Part shown: piece after piece, positions 38,333-46,356 of the stretch
Layout of the letters: every line of letters starts with the position of its first letter
How positions within the stretch are numbered: position 1 is the stretch's first letter
DNA from: Maridesulfovibrio sp.
GTDB taxonomy: Bacteria > Desulfobacterota > Desulfovibrionia > Desulfovibrionales > Desulfovibrionaceae
NCBI RefSeq assembly: GCF_963678865.1
Contig: NZ_OY787459.1
Coordinates: 3,629,381 to 3,693,380 of the forward strand
Direction of reading: 5' to 3'
DNA length: 64,000 bases
The notes under the pieces: generated by a model
The model's input: the letters and a program-made list of their open reading frames with translations, nothing else
Database searches by the model: none
Told to the model about the DNA's origin: nothing
Made by a program: the position numbers and the translations under genes

Positions 38333-39460
38333 TCAGTCAACATATTTTAACGGGACCAGCACCCTTATTCTGGGCGACAGTTTTTTGGACCGATTGAAGT
38401 TATTGATTCTGGTTATGGCTGTTTTGGTTATTTCTGTGCCTTCGGCTACCAGATGGACTTCGTCTTCGCTCCAAAGTCCTTCATCCAGAATCATGCCCGG
38501 TTTGAGGGATTCCAGTTCAATCTCGCGGCGTACGTAACCGTCTTCCCCGGCGGTTCCTTTTTCAAGGACATCCAGCACCTTGGAATCGTAGACACCTTCT
38601 CTGCCTCGCATGATGGCGATGGTATCCATTTTGTTCATGGTCTGTTGGGTCAGGGTGTCATAATCGAGACAGGCTTTTAATACCTTTGATTCCACCGGCA
38701 TGGTAGGGTTATCAACCAGCCTGTCATTCTGGTGTTGGATTATTTCTGAAACTGTTTCCATGCGTGGAATTTGTGAAAGTATACCCGCAGTCACCGCCGG
38801 GTGCAGATCATAGATCTGGCGTTCTTCTGCCGTAAGTTCTTCCCCTGTAAAGACTTTTTGGAGAATTGTGTCCGGCAGGGTTACGCATCCCAACTGCCCC
38901 AGCATGGCCGCAAGATCCAGATAAAGTGTTTGTTTCAGGTTCAGGTTTTGGCCAATGTAACCGGCAAGACGGCGAACCCTTTCACTGCGCCCGAATGCCT
39001 CCGGGTTGACCAGCCCCAGAATGTCCGTAAGGACTTTTACGCTTCCCCGTAATGTTCCGCGCAGGAGTTCCCGCTCGGCTATTATAAGGGAATACTGTTT
39101 CATTGCAGCCTCAAGGGTACGGATCATTTCTTCAATAGCGCTGGGTTTGGTCAGAAAGCGGAAAACAGAACCTTCGTTGACAGCTGATATAGCCGCCTCA
39201 AGGTCAGCATGCCCGGTGAGCATGACCCGTACTGTGTCCGGTGAAAGCTGTTTTACTTTGCTGAGAAAGGTAATTCCATCCATTTTCGGCATTTTAAGGT
39301 CTGAAACAACAATAGCATACGGTTCGGAGGTTTTGAGCATTTTCAAACCTTCTTCCGGGCCGAGTGCGGTTTCTACTTTAAAACGTTTGCGCAGTAATGC
39401 TCTGTATGTGTCCAGTATGTTCTGTTCGTCGTCTACAAAAAGAATTCTACTTTTCTTCAT
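38333..39460 (-). CDS. response regulator with a degenerate HD-GYP-like output domain
   Basis: The REC domain (ILFVDDEQ...VSDLKMPKMDG...LTKP) starts at the ATG at 39460. The output domain aligns with HD-GYP, but LAAMLGQLGC replaces the usual xxLHDIGK metal ligands. Confidence 0.8.
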   Translation of the reverse strand: MKKSRILFVDDEQNILDTYRALLRKRFKVETALGPEEGLKMLKTSEPYAIVVSDLKMPKMDGITFLSKVKQLSPDTVRVMLTGHADLEAAISAVNEGSVFRFLTKPSAIEEMIRTLEAAMKQYSLIIAERELLRGTLRGSVKVLTDILGLVNPEAFGRSERVRRLAGYIGQNLNLKQTLYLDLAAMLGQLGCVTLPDTILQKVFTGEELTAEERQIYDLHPAVTAGILSQIPRMETVSEIIQHQNDRLVDNPTMPVESKVLKACLDYDTLTQQTMNKMDTIAIMRGREGVYDSKVLDVLEKGTAGEDGYVRREIELESLKPGMILDEGLWSEDEVHLVAEGTEITKTAITRINNFNRSKKLSPRIRVLVPLKYVD

Positions 39461-40661
39461 TCTGGCTCTCCAGCAGGGTGTCGCACGCTTCCCTCCAATC
39501 ATTAATGTATGTTAAAACTCCGGCTGCATCCAGCTTATCTATATTAAGTTCTGAAAATTTATAGTCTGAAGCATGTGGAGTAATCTCATGTTGCAGTACA
39601 TCTGCGGCGTGGACAGCATAGATCGGCTGAAACCCATCTCCGCAGTTTTCAAGAGAATGGTGATAGTATACTGTATTTACAATTTCTTCGCTGAAACCCC
39701 ACAGGCCCAGCAGGTAAGCTCCAACCTCCGCATGGCTTACCCCGAGAATCTTTTTTTCCACATCTATGACCGGACCTCCGAATTCCCGAACTCCCTCCAG
39801 TACTTCCCGGTATTTTTTGTTCATCTCGGTGATGAATACAAATTTACCTATGTCGTGGAGTATACCGGATACGAAACAGATAGTCGCGATTTTGTCGCTT
39901 TCATTCATCTGCTTACATATTTTTTTGGCACAGTAGCCTGTCTGCAGGCAGTGTTCCCATAGTTTCTCTATTGAATAGGGGCCAAGGATGTCCGTATCAA
40001 GTTCCTGAAGAAGATGGACTCCCAGAATCAGGCCCTTTAATACGTCAGATCCCAGCAGCACTGTTGCCCGGGACGGACAGCAAACAGAGCCGTAGAAACC
40101 GAAAAAGGAGGAGTTAACCACTTTCAAAAGAGTCGTGGATATGCCGGGGTCCTGCTTTGCAAGTTCCCCTATTTTCTGCAGGTCCGGTTCCGGACTGTTA
40201 AGTTCGCTGGTTATTTTAATATACAAATCCGGGAGAGCCGGAAGAGTAACCAGACCAGTAATGATCTCCCTGACTCCTTTATCCACCAGAATATGTCGCA
40301 TTCCCATCATTCGGCGGATAGTTTCGATCAGGACATCTGTGTTGCATGGTTTGCTCAGGAATTGGTGGATGTGTTTCGCGGACTTCAGAAGTGATTGCAT
40401 CTCTGAATGACCGGAGAGCATTATCCTGATTGTATCTGGTTGAATTTTATCAATTCTTTTGAAAAGCTCGTTGCCGTCCATATCCGGCATTTTCATGTCG
40501 CTGATAACTATATCAAATTTAGTTTTGCCGACCATGTCCAGAGCTTCCTGTCCGGTGGAGGCAAACTTGCTTTTCCACTCTTTACGCAGGCCGTGCATTA
40601 TGGCTTTAAAGCTGTCCAGTATGTTTTGATCATCGTCAACAAATAGAATTTTAGGGACCAT
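39447..40661 (-). CDS. response regulator with an HDOD output domain
   Basis: REC domain (ILFVDDDQNIL...ISDMKMPDMDG...LSKP). The HDOD pattern follows (LPALPDLY...DPGISTTLLKVVNSSFFG...LHDIGK). Confidence 0.85.
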   Translation of the reverse strand: MVPKILFVDDDQNILDSFKAIMHGLRKEWKSKFASTGQEALDMVGKTKFDIVISDMKMPDMDGNELFKRIDKIQPDTIRIMLSGHSEMQSLLKSAKHIHQFLSKPCNTDVLIETIRRMMGMRHILVDKGVREIITGLVTLPALPDLYIKITSELNSPEPDLQKIGELAKQDPGISTTLLKVVNSSFFGFYGSVCCPSRATVLLGSDVLKGLILGVHLLQELDTDILGPYSIEKLWEHCLQTGYCAKKICKQMNESDKIATICFVSGILHDIGKFVFITEMNKKYREVLEGVREFGGPVIDVEKKILGVSHAEVGAYLLGLWGFSEEIVNTVYYHHSLENCGDGFQPIYAVHAADVLQHEITPHASDYKFSELNIDKLDAAGVLTYINDWREACDTLLESQNEEK

Positions 40662-40840
40662 AATTCACCAGAACTTTTTATATGTTTTTAACCATATCTT
40701 AATCTTAATTTAATAATATCGCTTTTTGTTTTTTCTTGTAAAGGCAATAACAAAATATGTTACAGTTCTGCCGATATTTATAATACGTAAGAAGGGTTGT
40801 TGGATAAAACGGCAGCTTATAATCTTTGCGCTAACAGAAT

Positions 40841-40877
40841 AAAAAAACGGAACTTTCGTAATGAAAGTTCCGTTTTT
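40841..40877 (-). terminator. intrinsic terminator of lipA (bidirectional form)
   Basis: AAACGGAACTTTC-GTAAT-GAAAGTTCCGTTT flanked by A7 and T5. Confidence 0.85.
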
Positions 40878-40902
40878 AGTAGTTATTTCAAATATAGTTT
40901 CG

Positions 40903-41778
40903 CTAGAGCTTGTCAAAGGCCTCGGCAGCATTGAACGAACTGCGTACAAGCGGCGCACAGAACATGTGCGGTACACTTATTTTTTGACCGTATTCGGCGT
41001 ACTTGTCAAAAACTGACGGTTCAACGTAGCGTTTCACTGCCGGGTGCGCCTTGGAAGGACGCATGTATTGCCCGATGGTGATTATGTCGCAATTAATTGC
41101 GGCAAGGTCGTTGATTACTTGATAGACCTGATCATCCGTTTCTCCAAGTCCTACCATAAGGCCTGATTTGGCGTGTATGTCGCTGAGTTGTTTGACCCTT
41201 TCGATCAGCTCAAGGCTTTGCCTGTAATCAGCCTGTGGACGGATTTCCGGGTAAAGCGCGGGCGGGGTTTCAACGTTATGGTTGATTACGTCCGGTTTGG
41301 CTGCGATGACTGTTTTCAATGCATCCAGATTGCCTTTGAAATCCGGAATCAGCACTTCCACTTTGCATTCTGGGTGTTCGGCACGGATGCGCTCGATGGT
41401 TTCCGCAAAATGGGCGGCTCCACCATCGGACAGGTCGTCACGGGTTACGGAGGTTACTACCGCATATTTCAGTTCCAGCCGTTTGACTGCTTCTGAAACT
41501 CGGCGCGGTTCGTCCGCATCAAGGGGATCAATCCGGCCGGGAGCGATGTTGCAGAAAGCACAGTTGCGTGTGCAGTTGCTGCCCATGATCAGGAAGGTCG
41601 CCACCTTGCGCGAAAAGCAGTCCCAGCAGTTGGGGCATTTGGCACTCTGGCAGACCGTGTTCAGGTTCAGGTCTTCCAACATTTTGCTGGTGTTGTTAAA
41701 GGTCCTTCCTGTAGGTAGCTTAACCCGCAGCCACGGCGGTATCCGTAAATATTTTTCCGAACTCTTCTCTGAAGACAT
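40903..41778 (-). CDS. lipA: lipoyl synthase
   Basis: CQSAKCPNCWDC and CTRNCAFC are the two LipA Fe-S cluster motifs. 291 aa. Confidence 0.95.
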   Translation of the reverse strand: MSSEKSSEKYLRIPPWLRVKLPTGRTFNNTSKMLEDLNLNTVCQSAKCPNCWDCFSRKVATFLIMGSNCTRNCAFCNIAPGRIDPLDADEPRRVSEAVKRLELKYAVVTSVTRDDLSDGGAAHFAETIERIRAEHPECKVEVLIPDFKGNLDALKTVIAAKPDVINHNVETPPALYPEIRPQADYRQSLELIERVKQLSDIHAKSGLMVGLGETDDQVYQVINDLAAINCDIITIGQYMRPSKAHPAVKRYVEPSVFDKYAEYGQKISVPHMFCAPLVRSSFNAAEAFDKL

Positions 41779-42364
41779 CTTTTACTTCCTCGGTAGAAAT
41801 TTCTTTGCCCGCCTCTCTTGAAAGGGAGGTAGGATGTGCGCCGTGCAGCCCGCAGAGGGTGATGGCGTCGAAAAGTTTCATGTCACTTGAAACATTGAAT
41901 GACAAGCCGTGGTAGGTAATCCATTTCTTTACCCCGATGCCTATGGAGCAGAGCTTGCCGGGGCCGACCCATACTCCGGGCCTGCCTTCGCTTCTGGCTG
42001 CTTCCACGCCGAACCGGGCCGCTGTACGTATCGCAGTCTCTTCCATGTCATGGAAGAATTTCTTGATGCCGCCGCGTCTTTTTTCAATACGCATGACAGG
42101 GTAGACCACCAACTGTCCGGGGTAATGGCAGGTTATGTTGCCGCCCCGCGTGGTCGGGACCACTTCTGCCCCCATCTGCTTGAGGGCTTCTTCGCTGATG
42201 AGCAGGTTTTCCAATCCGCCCTGCCTGCCCAGTGTAACCACCGGCGGATGCTCCAAAAGATAAAGGGCATCACCTGCAGTCCCTTCCATGACCTGATTCA
42301 GCCGTGCCAGCTGGATTTTTTCAGCTTCCCCGTGGGGGATTAATCCAAGATCTATAAATTCCAT
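41720..42364 (-). CDS. lipB: lipoyl(octanoyl) transferase
   Basis: LLEHPPVVTLGRQG, RGGNITCHYPGQLVVYP and KLCSIGIGV are LipB motifs. I chose the ATG at 42364 (MEFIDLGLI...); the track start at 42436 is a TTG. Confidence 0.9.
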   Translation of the reverse strand: MEFIDLGLIPHGEAEKIQLARLNQVMEGTAGDALYLLEHPPVVTLGRQGGLENLLISEEALKQMGAEVVPTTRGGNITCHYPGQLVVYPVMRIEKRRGGIKKFFHDMEETAIRTAARFGVEAARSEGRPGVWVGPGKLCSIGIGVKKWITYHGLSFNVSSDMKLFDAITLCGLHGAHPTSLSREAGKEISTEEVKDVFREEFGKIFTDTAVAAG

Positions 42365-42507
42365 TTTGATACGATTCGCTACTGCGTTTTTTATTGAAAA
42401 GATTTTGTCCCAGACCTCATTTCCACTCTCTTTCAAAGACGTTTTCTTCTGGGTCGCTCTTGGCGCACGAAGACAGATCTTGAATTGAGAGAAGGCGAGG
42501 CCCTACT

Positions 42508-42590
42508 AAAAAGTTTTGGGATTCTTAAACCCTTTTTCAAAAGGGTTTAAGCCTCCGGAGGGTTCCCCGAAAGGGCCGCCGGAGGCATTC
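42508..42590. repeat. nested-palindrome intergenic element, copy F
   Basis: AAAAAGTTTTGGGATTCTTAAACCCTTTTTCAAAAGGGTTTAAGCCTCCGGAGGG...GCCGCCGGAGGCATTC abuts the stop of the Rsm22-like gene. Confidence 0.85.
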
Positions 42591-43760
42591 TTATTTCTTT
42601 TTACGCTTATCGCTTTCCCGTATGGGCAGGGGGACGATCAGAGCACCGGATTTTTCATCCCGTTTTTCCTCTTCAGGAATGGGCATCCCGATAAGTCCTC
42701 CGGGATACAAAGTTTTTGCTCCACCTTGGGCAGAAAGCAGGATCTGTCCTTCGGCTGCGCAACCGTACTGGCCGAATCCTCCTTCATCAAGCCTGAAGGA
42801 TTCTGATACCGCACGGATAAGCATTTCACCTTCACGCGGGCGCTCGGTTTCTTCCTTGCGCAGCCCTACATAGAGGAAGCTAAGGCTTACGTTGTCCTTT
42901 TCAAGACGGCACTCGGCTGAGAGTTTCTGCAACCATGCCGGGGCGTGGTCTGAGTCAAAATTGAAATGACACCATGCCTTGCCTTTTTCGCCGTTCATGG
43001 GACATTCTTCTTCATGGGTACAGGGTCCAAGAATGGGGAAACCAGCTTGCACAAATTCCTGACGGATTACGGAAATGACTCGCCCTGAACGGCGGATGCC
43101 CGGTTCAATGATCAGGATTCTGCCTTCCGGGGCCAGTTTGTGGACCATGGACAGACAGAATTTTTCCGCCCAGACCGGAAGCGGAATACGTGTTCCGGCA
43201 GAAGCTTCGTTGACCATGTTGGCGGTAACCAGCAGGTGTGCTTTCTCGCGCAGCTTGGAGGTTGATCCGCCTTTGACGTTGACCATGCGCCATGGTGATT
43301 TTTCCCCGGCCATTTCTGTGAAAAGCCTGCTGCCTTCGCGCATGGGTTTAGGGGTGCGGTCCACGTTGATGAAAGTCAGTTTTTTTTCGCGCAGATCCGG
43401 TCTTGCAATCCACAGGGCCTGAGCCACGGTGAGCGGCCCGGCGCCGAGATCGACGACGATGCCGTTATCAGGCAGATTGATATCCAGTCCCTGAAACAGA
43501 CGTGCCATACGGTACAGGTTCCACGGCAGAAAGTAACGCAGGTAGGCATTCAGGCTTCGTGGATCGCCCATGTAGTCGTTGGACAGGTTGGAACGTTCCC
43601 CGGTCAGGTCGCGCGAAAGATCGCGGATGGCATATTTCAGTTCCGTGCTGTGTTTGCTCTTCAGGGGAACTGTTTTTTGCAAAATTTTTATGTATTTATC
43701 CAATTCCTTGGATACATCCTTGGTCGGCAGTGGGAAAAGTGAACTTACTTTAATAGACAT
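42591..43760 (-). CDS. Rsm22-like SAM-dependent methyltransferase
   Basis: VVDLGAGPLT is motif I, and the Cys cluster CTHEEECPM...WCHFNF is typical of bacterial Rsm22 homologues. Confidence 0.72.
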   Translation of the reverse strand: MSIKVSSLFPLPTKDVSKELDKYIKILQKTVPLKSKHSTELKYAIRDLSRDLTGERSNLSNDYMGDPRSLNAYLRYFLPWNLYRMARLFQGLDINLPDNGIVVDLGAGPLTVAQALWIARPDLREKKLTFINVDRTPKPMREGSRLFTEMAGEKSPWRMVNVKGGSTSKLREKAHLLVTANMVNEASAGTRIPLPVWAEKFCLSMVHKLAPEGRILIIEPGIRRSGRVISVIRQEFVQAGFPILGPCTHEEECPMNGEKGKAWCHFNFDSDHAPAWLQKLSAECRLEKDNVSLSFLYVGLRKEETERPREGEMLIRAVSESFRLDEGGFGQYGCAAEGQILLSAQGGAKTLYPGGLIGMPIPEEEKRDEKSGALIVPLPIRESDKRKKK

Positions 43761-45315
43761 ATTTGAAAATCATCCTCTCAAGGTATTTCTGTCCGAAGTC
43801 ACTGCTTCCGGCCAGTTCCAGAACTTTGGAACGAGCGGGTAGTCCGGCGGCGAAATCCCTTGCTTCTTGATTGTGCGTTAAAATTATAGATCCCGTCAGG
43901 GATGTGTTGCCTGCGGCGCGTGTTATAGTAGCGTTTTGCGCAGGGATGAATCCGGTTGCTACCAGATCATTAATATTTACATGCTGGCCCATGGCCCCGC
44001 CCAGAATCAGTTCTTTGAGGTCGGATGGCGCAAGTCCGGCTTCAGCCAGCAGGGCGGACATGGCCAGATTGAAAGCCGCCTTGACTTTCAGGATTTCTTC
44101 CACGTCCTGAGCCGGCAGGACCAGTCCTTCATATCCCAGATCAAGCACGGGAGTTCCATTTATTTCTTTCAGCCTGCTTGCCAGTTTTGCGGCGAAGGGC
44201 GTATTGCCGGGGCCGAATTGTCCTTCACGGTTCAGCACACCGGATTTAAGCAGCAGGCCGCAGAGAGACAGGTACCCGGTTCCGGTAATTCCCGGTCTTG
44301 AGGTTTGGTTCTGTCTCGAATTTTCAGTTTTTATCACCGATGGCGCAAGCCCCAGCGGATTCAGGTTGAAGCCGGAAACCGCTCCCGGTCCGGCAGTGCG
44401 TCCATTACTCATGCCTACCCCTTCAAGGGCCGGACCCATGGGCACAGAGCAGACAATGTATTCGTCCTCGGAAAGGCAGAGTACGAATTCCCCGTTAGTT
44501 CCCAGGTCGGCGAAAAGGTACGGAGGCTGTGCTTCTGGTTCAGAAAAATTCAGGGCCACAATACCCGCTGTTATATCCGCACCAACAAACGGGGCCAGAT
44601 GTGGCGGGATGTACGCTTCGGGAAGCTTTGCGTCAAGCTTTACTAATTCTCCGCCTTTGCCGGGCAGGGAGTAGGGTGCTCGGCTCAATCCCTCCACGTT
44701 TTCCTGTGCGAGAATCGTAGTCATGGAAGGGTTGCCGGAGATCACAAGTTTATTTATCGGGCCGGTTTCAGATATAATTGCTTTGAGCCGTTCCGTGACC
44801 AGTTCGGATAGTATCTTGCGCTGCTCCGGCTTAGCGGCAAAAGCCAGCCGGGACATTACTTCGCTGCCAAGCCCGATCTGGGGATTCAGTTCCTGGCCTG
44901 ATTTGATAATTTCGCCATTAAGGGTAAAGGCCCAATGCAGTCCGGTCGTGCCCAGATCCACGGCAAGGGCCAGATTTTCGGGCAGTTTTGATGAAAATTT
45001 GTCTGACACCCGCGGAACCACCCGTTCCGGTTCGGGCAGGAATATTTTTGCCGGTGTGGCAGGGTGCAGGCAGGAAAGCCGCCAGCCTGATTCTATTTCC
45101 GAGACGGATAATTTCAGCAGTTCTTCCTTGCGCGGCTGAGGGGGAGTTGATTCAAAACGCACCTTGCACAGCCCGCAACGTCCCATGCCGGAACAGAGCG
45201 GAACTCCCTGAAAGGCTCCGTTCAGGAAAAGGGTTTGGGCCATGTTCAGTCCGCTTGCGGGTGCAATCTCCATGATTGTTCCTTCATGGCAACGCACTGT
45301 GATTTTTTTATCCAT
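43750..45315 (-). CDS. 2Fe-2S ferredoxin domain fused to an ASKHA ATPase (DUF4445, RACo-like corrinoid-activation family)
   Basis: The N-terminus has CSGMGRCGLCKV. ASKHA phosphate motifs are VDLGTTG and ADLGTNGE. 521 aa. Confidence 0.82.
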   Translation of the reverse strand: MDKKITVRCHEGTIMEIAPASGLNMAQTLFLNGAFQGVPLCSGMGRCGLCKVRFESTPPQPRKEELLKLSVSEIESGWRLSCLHPATPAKIFLPEPERVVPRVSDKFSSKLPENLALAVDLGTTGLHWAFTLNGEIIKSGQELNPQIGLGSEVMSRLAFAAKPEQRKILSELVTERLKAIISETGPINKLVISGNPSMTTILAQENVEGLSRAPYSLPGKGGELVKLDAKLPEAYIPPHLAPFVGADITAGIVALNFSEPEAQPPYLFADLGTNGEFVLCLSEDEYIVCSVPMGPALEGVGMSNGRTAGPGAVSGFNLNPLGLAPSVIKTENSRQNQTSRPGITGTGYLSLCGLLLKSGVLNREGQFGPGNTPFAAKLASRLKEINGTPVLDLGYEGLVLPAQDVEEILKVKAAFNLAMSALLAEAGLAPSDLKELILGGAMGQHVNINDLVATGFIPAQNATITRAAGNTSLTGSIILTHNQEARDFAAGLPARSKVLELAGSSDFGQKYLERMIFKYVY

Positions 45316-45328
45316 TGTTCTCAGCCTG

Positions 45329-45370
45329 TAAAAAAATTAACCGCACCAGCATAATGTATATGCGGTGCGG
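45329..45370 (-). terminator. intrinsic terminator of cbiK
   Basis: CCGCACCAGCATA/TATGCGGTGCGG stem. On the minus strand it is followed by a U-run (A-run at 45329-45337). Confidence 0.8.
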
Positions 45371-45402
45371 AGGACAATCAAGCAGCAAATTTGTTATTGA
45401 GC

Positions 45403-46200
45403 TTATGCTTCAAGTTCACGGATGGCCTTTTCAAGCTTATCCATCCAGCGGCTGGCAAAAATATCAAATTCACCGACTCCCTGCACTACCGGAATGGGCT
45501 CAATACCGCGTGAAGCCACCACGTTCATCCATGATTTTTCGTGATCCCCGGCCATGTCTTTTTTTACATGGTTTCCGGCTCCGAATAGCAGGGGCAGCAG
45601 GTAGGCTTTTTTTATCCCTGACTCCTTTATGCGGTCACTGATTTTTTCAATGCCGTCTTCGGAGTTGAGTTTGCCGAGATAAGCATTTTTGTCCTTTGAT
45701 TCCAGCACTTCCTTAAATCTGTCGTAGAGGGAATTGCCGCTGTCCGAATATTTGGAACCATGGGCAACGAGGATCAGGGCTTCGCTTTGAGGATCGCGCT
45801 CTTGCAGCAGATTCAGGATGATGTCGGAAATTTCATCAATTTCCTGATCATTGGTCAGCAGCGGTTCACCGAGAACTGCTTTTTCGAATTCTATTTCCCC
45901 TTGTTCGACCCTGCCCAGCAGCCTGCTGATATTCGTGAATTCCGTGCCGGGAATTACATGCAGGGATTGGACTACCACATGGGTAAAGCCCTCTGCAGAA
46001 AGATTTTCAAGGTTCTGCTTTACCGTGGGCAGTTTCTGCCCTTGTTCACGGAGCTTTTTGAGCACATGCCCGGAAGTGAAAGCGCTGAAGACCGGAATAT
46101 CCGGGTGGGCCTCTTTAGCCATCTTCAAAATATTGCCCAGAGCCGAGCTTGCGGCCCTGTTTTTTGATCCGTGTGCTGCAAAAAGAATGGCTTTTTTCAT
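45403..46200 (-). CDS. cbiK: sirohydrochlorin cobaltochelatase, CbiK-type
   Basis: ILFAAHGSK...LVAHGS...VQSLHVIPG shows the two-lobe class II chelatase pattern. 265 aa with no signal peptide. Confidence 0.82.
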   Translation of the reverse strand: MKKAILFAAHGSKNRAASSALGNILKMAKEAHPDIPVFSAFTSGHVLKKLREQGQKLPTVKQNLENLSAEGFTHVVVQSLHVIPGTEFTNISRLLGRVEQGEIEFEKAVLGEPLLTNDQEIDEISDIILNLLQERDPQSEALILVAHGSKYSDSGNSLYDRFKEVLESKDKNAYLGKLNSEDGIEKISDRIKESGIKKAYLLPLLFGAGNHVKKDMAGDHEKSWMNVVASRGIEPIPVVQGVGEFDIFASRWMDKLEKAIRELEA

Positions 46201-46356
46201 CTGTTATTTTCCTGCGCTGATGGTTGTCTCGTTCGTGAACTCGCATGCATAGCAGACAAAACCCATGGAGAAAAGTTTTTCCTGAACGGCTGGAAAATTG
46301 CGGGGCATTCTACTTCTTGCTTAATTTGAATAACGGGTTTTACAGAATAAGAATAA

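Noticed and set aside
40739-40777. TAAAGG...GCCGATAT resembling sigma-28 promoter halves, in the lipA / response-regulator intergenic region
   Set aside because: The spacer is about 27 nt rather than 15, and there is no plus-strand gene downstream.
46201-46356. Looked for a cobalamin riboswitch upstream of cbiK
   Set aside because: I could find no B12-box-like conserved core or the expected multi-stem architecture in the 156-nt leader. A covariance-model search was not possible here.
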